Positions 61,530-64,000 of a stretch of 64,000 nt of DNA are shown piece by piece. Both the position numbers and the translations under genes were made by a program. Every line of letters starts with the position of its first letter. Position 1 is the stretch's first letter. The notes beneath the pieces were generated by a model. That model saw only the letters and a list, made by a program, of their open reading frames with translations. It did not search any database and had not been told where the DNA came from. The stretch spans positions 7,254,001 through 7,318,000 of the forward strand of contig NC_047079.1 of the NCBI RefSeq assembly GCF_902459465.1, written 5' to 3'. The DNA is from Asterias rubens. Its lineage: Eukaryota.

Positions 61530-63060
61530 TAAAAAAAACCTGTAAATATACAAGTTTTTTGGGCAATAAAATTACAGCAATGCAACGTTTTTTGGGGGCT
61601 GACTGAGTTTTGCTGGTAAATAAACACCAAGTTGCTGTTAATTAACATTACGACGTTTATTTACATAGTACACTTTTTTTTTTACGGAAATGATCCTGAA
61701 AAAACGGTCTGCAATTGAAAATAACAGTTATAACTGTAAATTTCAATTGTAGGCCGTTTTTCCAGGATCATTTCCGTCAAAATACAGGTTTCCCGTGCGT
61801 GTGAAATAAACCTGTAAAAATACACTGTAAAAATGACTGTAAAATACATGTTTTTGGGCAATAAAATTACAGCAATGCAACGTTTTTGGGTTTGACGTAG
61901 TTTTACAGGTAAATAAACGCCAACTTGCTGTTAATTAACTTTACGACGTTTATTTACATATTTTTAACAATGAAACTGTAAATTTAAGTTGTATGCTGTT
62001 TTTTTCAGGATGGTTTCCGTCAAAATACAGGTTTCCCGTGCGTGTGAAATAAACCTGTAAAAATACACTGTAAAAATGACTGTAAAATACATGTTTTTGG
62101 GCAATAAAATTACAGCAATGCAACGTTTTTGGGTTTGACGGAGTTTTACAGGTAAATAAACGCCAACTTGCTGTTAATTAACTTTACGACGTTTATTTAC
62201 ATATTTTTAACAATGAAACTGTAAATTTAAGTTGTATGCTGTTTTTTTCATGATCGTTTCCGGCAAAATACAGGTTTCCCGTGCGTGTGAAAAAAAACCT
62301 GTAAAAATACACTGTAAAAATAACCGTAAAATACAAGTTTTGGGGCAATAAAATAACAGCATGGCAACGTTTTTTTGGTCTGACGGAGTTTTGCAGGTAA
62401 ATAAACGCCAACTTGTTGTTAATTAACTTTACGACGTTTATTTACATATTTTTTACAATGAAACTGTAAATTTAAGTTTTATGCTGTTTTTTCAGGATCG
62501 TTTCTGGCAAAATACAGGTTTCCCGTGCGTGTGGAAAAAAAAAAACACTGTACAAATTAACGTTTTTTGGCAATAAAATTACAGCATGGCAACGTGTTTT
62601 GGGTCAAACGGAGTTCTGTAAGTAAGTAAACGCCAACTTACTGTTAATTAACTTTACGACGTTAATTAACACACTTTTTACCCTATAACTGTAAATTTAA
62701 ATTGTATGCTGTTTTTCAGGATCAATTCCGTAAACATACAGGTTTCCCGTGCATAAACCCTTAGGGCCTATGTAAAAATACTCTGTGTAAAAACATCTTA
62801 TTGGGGGGAGGGGGGGGGGATCAAAGAATGGCAACACTTTGTGGTCTGACGGACTTTTGCAAGTAAGTTAACGCCAACTTACTGTTGTTAACATTACGAC
62901 GTTTAAAATAACAGCGCACCAACGTTGGTTTGACGAATTTTGTTGATGACTGTAGACTTTCTGCTAATAATTAACACACCGTTTATGCCATAATTAAACT
63001 GTAAATTTAAATTGTAGCTATTTTTATGAATTTTCCCGCTGTCAAAATGCATTGTTTCCC
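61530..63060 (+). repeat. ~243-bp tandem satellite (~6 copies) inside the EnSpm-like element
   Basis: Unit starts at ~61809, 62052, 62296, ~62540; each unit contains the TIR-like CACTGTAAAAA motif. Confidence 0.88.
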
Positions 63061-63546
63061 ATTCAAGAAACCTGCAAGGATGCCCTCATATGTCATCTGA
63101 ATATCGTCTCCTCAATGTTTTTCCCTTTTCATTTCCACCGACCCCTTTTACCTTCTTTTTGTGACCCCCCCCCCCCCCCCCCCGAAAGAAGATTTCCCTC
63201 AACTGTTGATTTTGTAACCATTGATCATATATTTGTATTATTTGTTTATTCATTTACTTATTATGGGCCTGTAGTTTCCTTGTTAAGTCGATGGTTAATA
63301 TTGCCGAAAAAATCCTGTAAATTTACCGTGGCTCATGTATGCAACGCACGTGGAAACTGGTACCCAGATTTTACATACCGATATAGACAAAAAGTATTTT
63401 GGCAACCAGTAACTTTTTAGGAACCAGTCTATCCTCGCTGTACCGTGAATAACATGGGCTAAATTTGGGAAACTAGACGAGAAGCGGGCGCGCATGATGA
63501 GCTGTCAACCGTTGCTCTCTTCCTTTCACGTGAACTGTCGAATCCT

Positions 63547-63770
63547 GAGCTGAAGTACTGTACTGAGAATTGTGTCAAACAGCAGAATCATTGCTGCTTA
63601 AGGTATTATTAAATCATTTTATTCATATTGTACGTGTAGCTTAGAATTATACGTTGTTGATGTTGGCAAAATTGGAAAGGTGTTTTGTTGTTTACTTCTT
63701 TTTTAGAATTAACGAAAAGATTTAATCCTTTCTGCTGTTTGACACAATTCTCAGTACAGTACTTCAGCTC
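63547..63770. mobile_element. 224-bp MITE with perfect 41-bp TIRs
   Basis: 63547-63587 is the exact reverse complement of 63730-63770; both flanks read CT (possible 2-bp TSD). Confidence 0.7.
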
Positions 63771-64000
63771 CTGGCGTCCAAACTGCCAGGAAAAAACCGT
63801 AATAATACGATGATTTTTTTTACAGTGTAACAATGTAGTCTTGTTCGGTAATCTGATTTTACTAAGCAAGGATTTTTTTGCTTAAGCAAAATTGTGTGCT
63901 TAAGCAGCTCTATGAAATTGGGCCCTGGTCTGAAACAGGTTTACTCCCTAAACAGTCCATACTTCATCCATCAGAAGCCTGGCTGATAATGCAGAAAGCA

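Larger units (their letters stand above)
61525..63827. mobile_element. EnSpm/CACTA-like non-autonomous element (CACTG ends, TA TSD)
   Basis: TA|CACTGTAAAAAA...TTTTTTACAGTG|TA; removing it restores CTTAGCATAACAATG of the host MITE. Confidence 0.75.
61381..63924. mobile_element. Harbinger-like MITE (CTG TSD) inflated by nested insertions
   Basis: CTG|GGGCCAATTTCATAGAGCTGCTTAAGCA...TGCTTAAGCAGCTCTATGAAATTGGGCC|CTG. Confidence 0.8.

Overview
AT-rich (animal, intron-containing) genomic DNA. The gene content, the trypsin N-termini and the MITE/SINE families point to an echinoderm, most likely a sea star; this taxonomic call is inferred, not proven. Gene order: 3' part of CEP104 (+), TCF19-like FHA/PHD gene (-), C2H2 zinc-finger gene (-) head-to-head with a complete ~29-exon NPHP4 (+), a 163-aa orphan ORF (+), an SDR16C-family retinol-dehydrogenase-like gene (+), two intronless signal peptide-CTLD-PAN/apple genes (-), and two 5-exon trypsin-family genes (-). 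Non-autonomous DNA transposons are abundant: a Sola2-like 2.2-kb foldback, Kolobok-like and Harbinger-like MITEs, and a 4-layer nested insertion carrying a 243-bp satellite. tRNA-derived SINEs are also present. The most unusual signals are: (i) three independent tandem duplications that each copy a 5' splice site (2x, 3x with an in-frame 33-aa unit, and 12x); (ii) a trypsin pair with complementary oddities in activation site and S1 pocket, and an atypical donor at the intron before the catalytic-Ser exon in both genes; (iii) lectin paralogs with a diverged CTLD, a nearly identical PAN domain and a co-varying Cys pair. Exon coordinates were read by eye from GT/GC-AG sites and protein similarity; no database searches were run.
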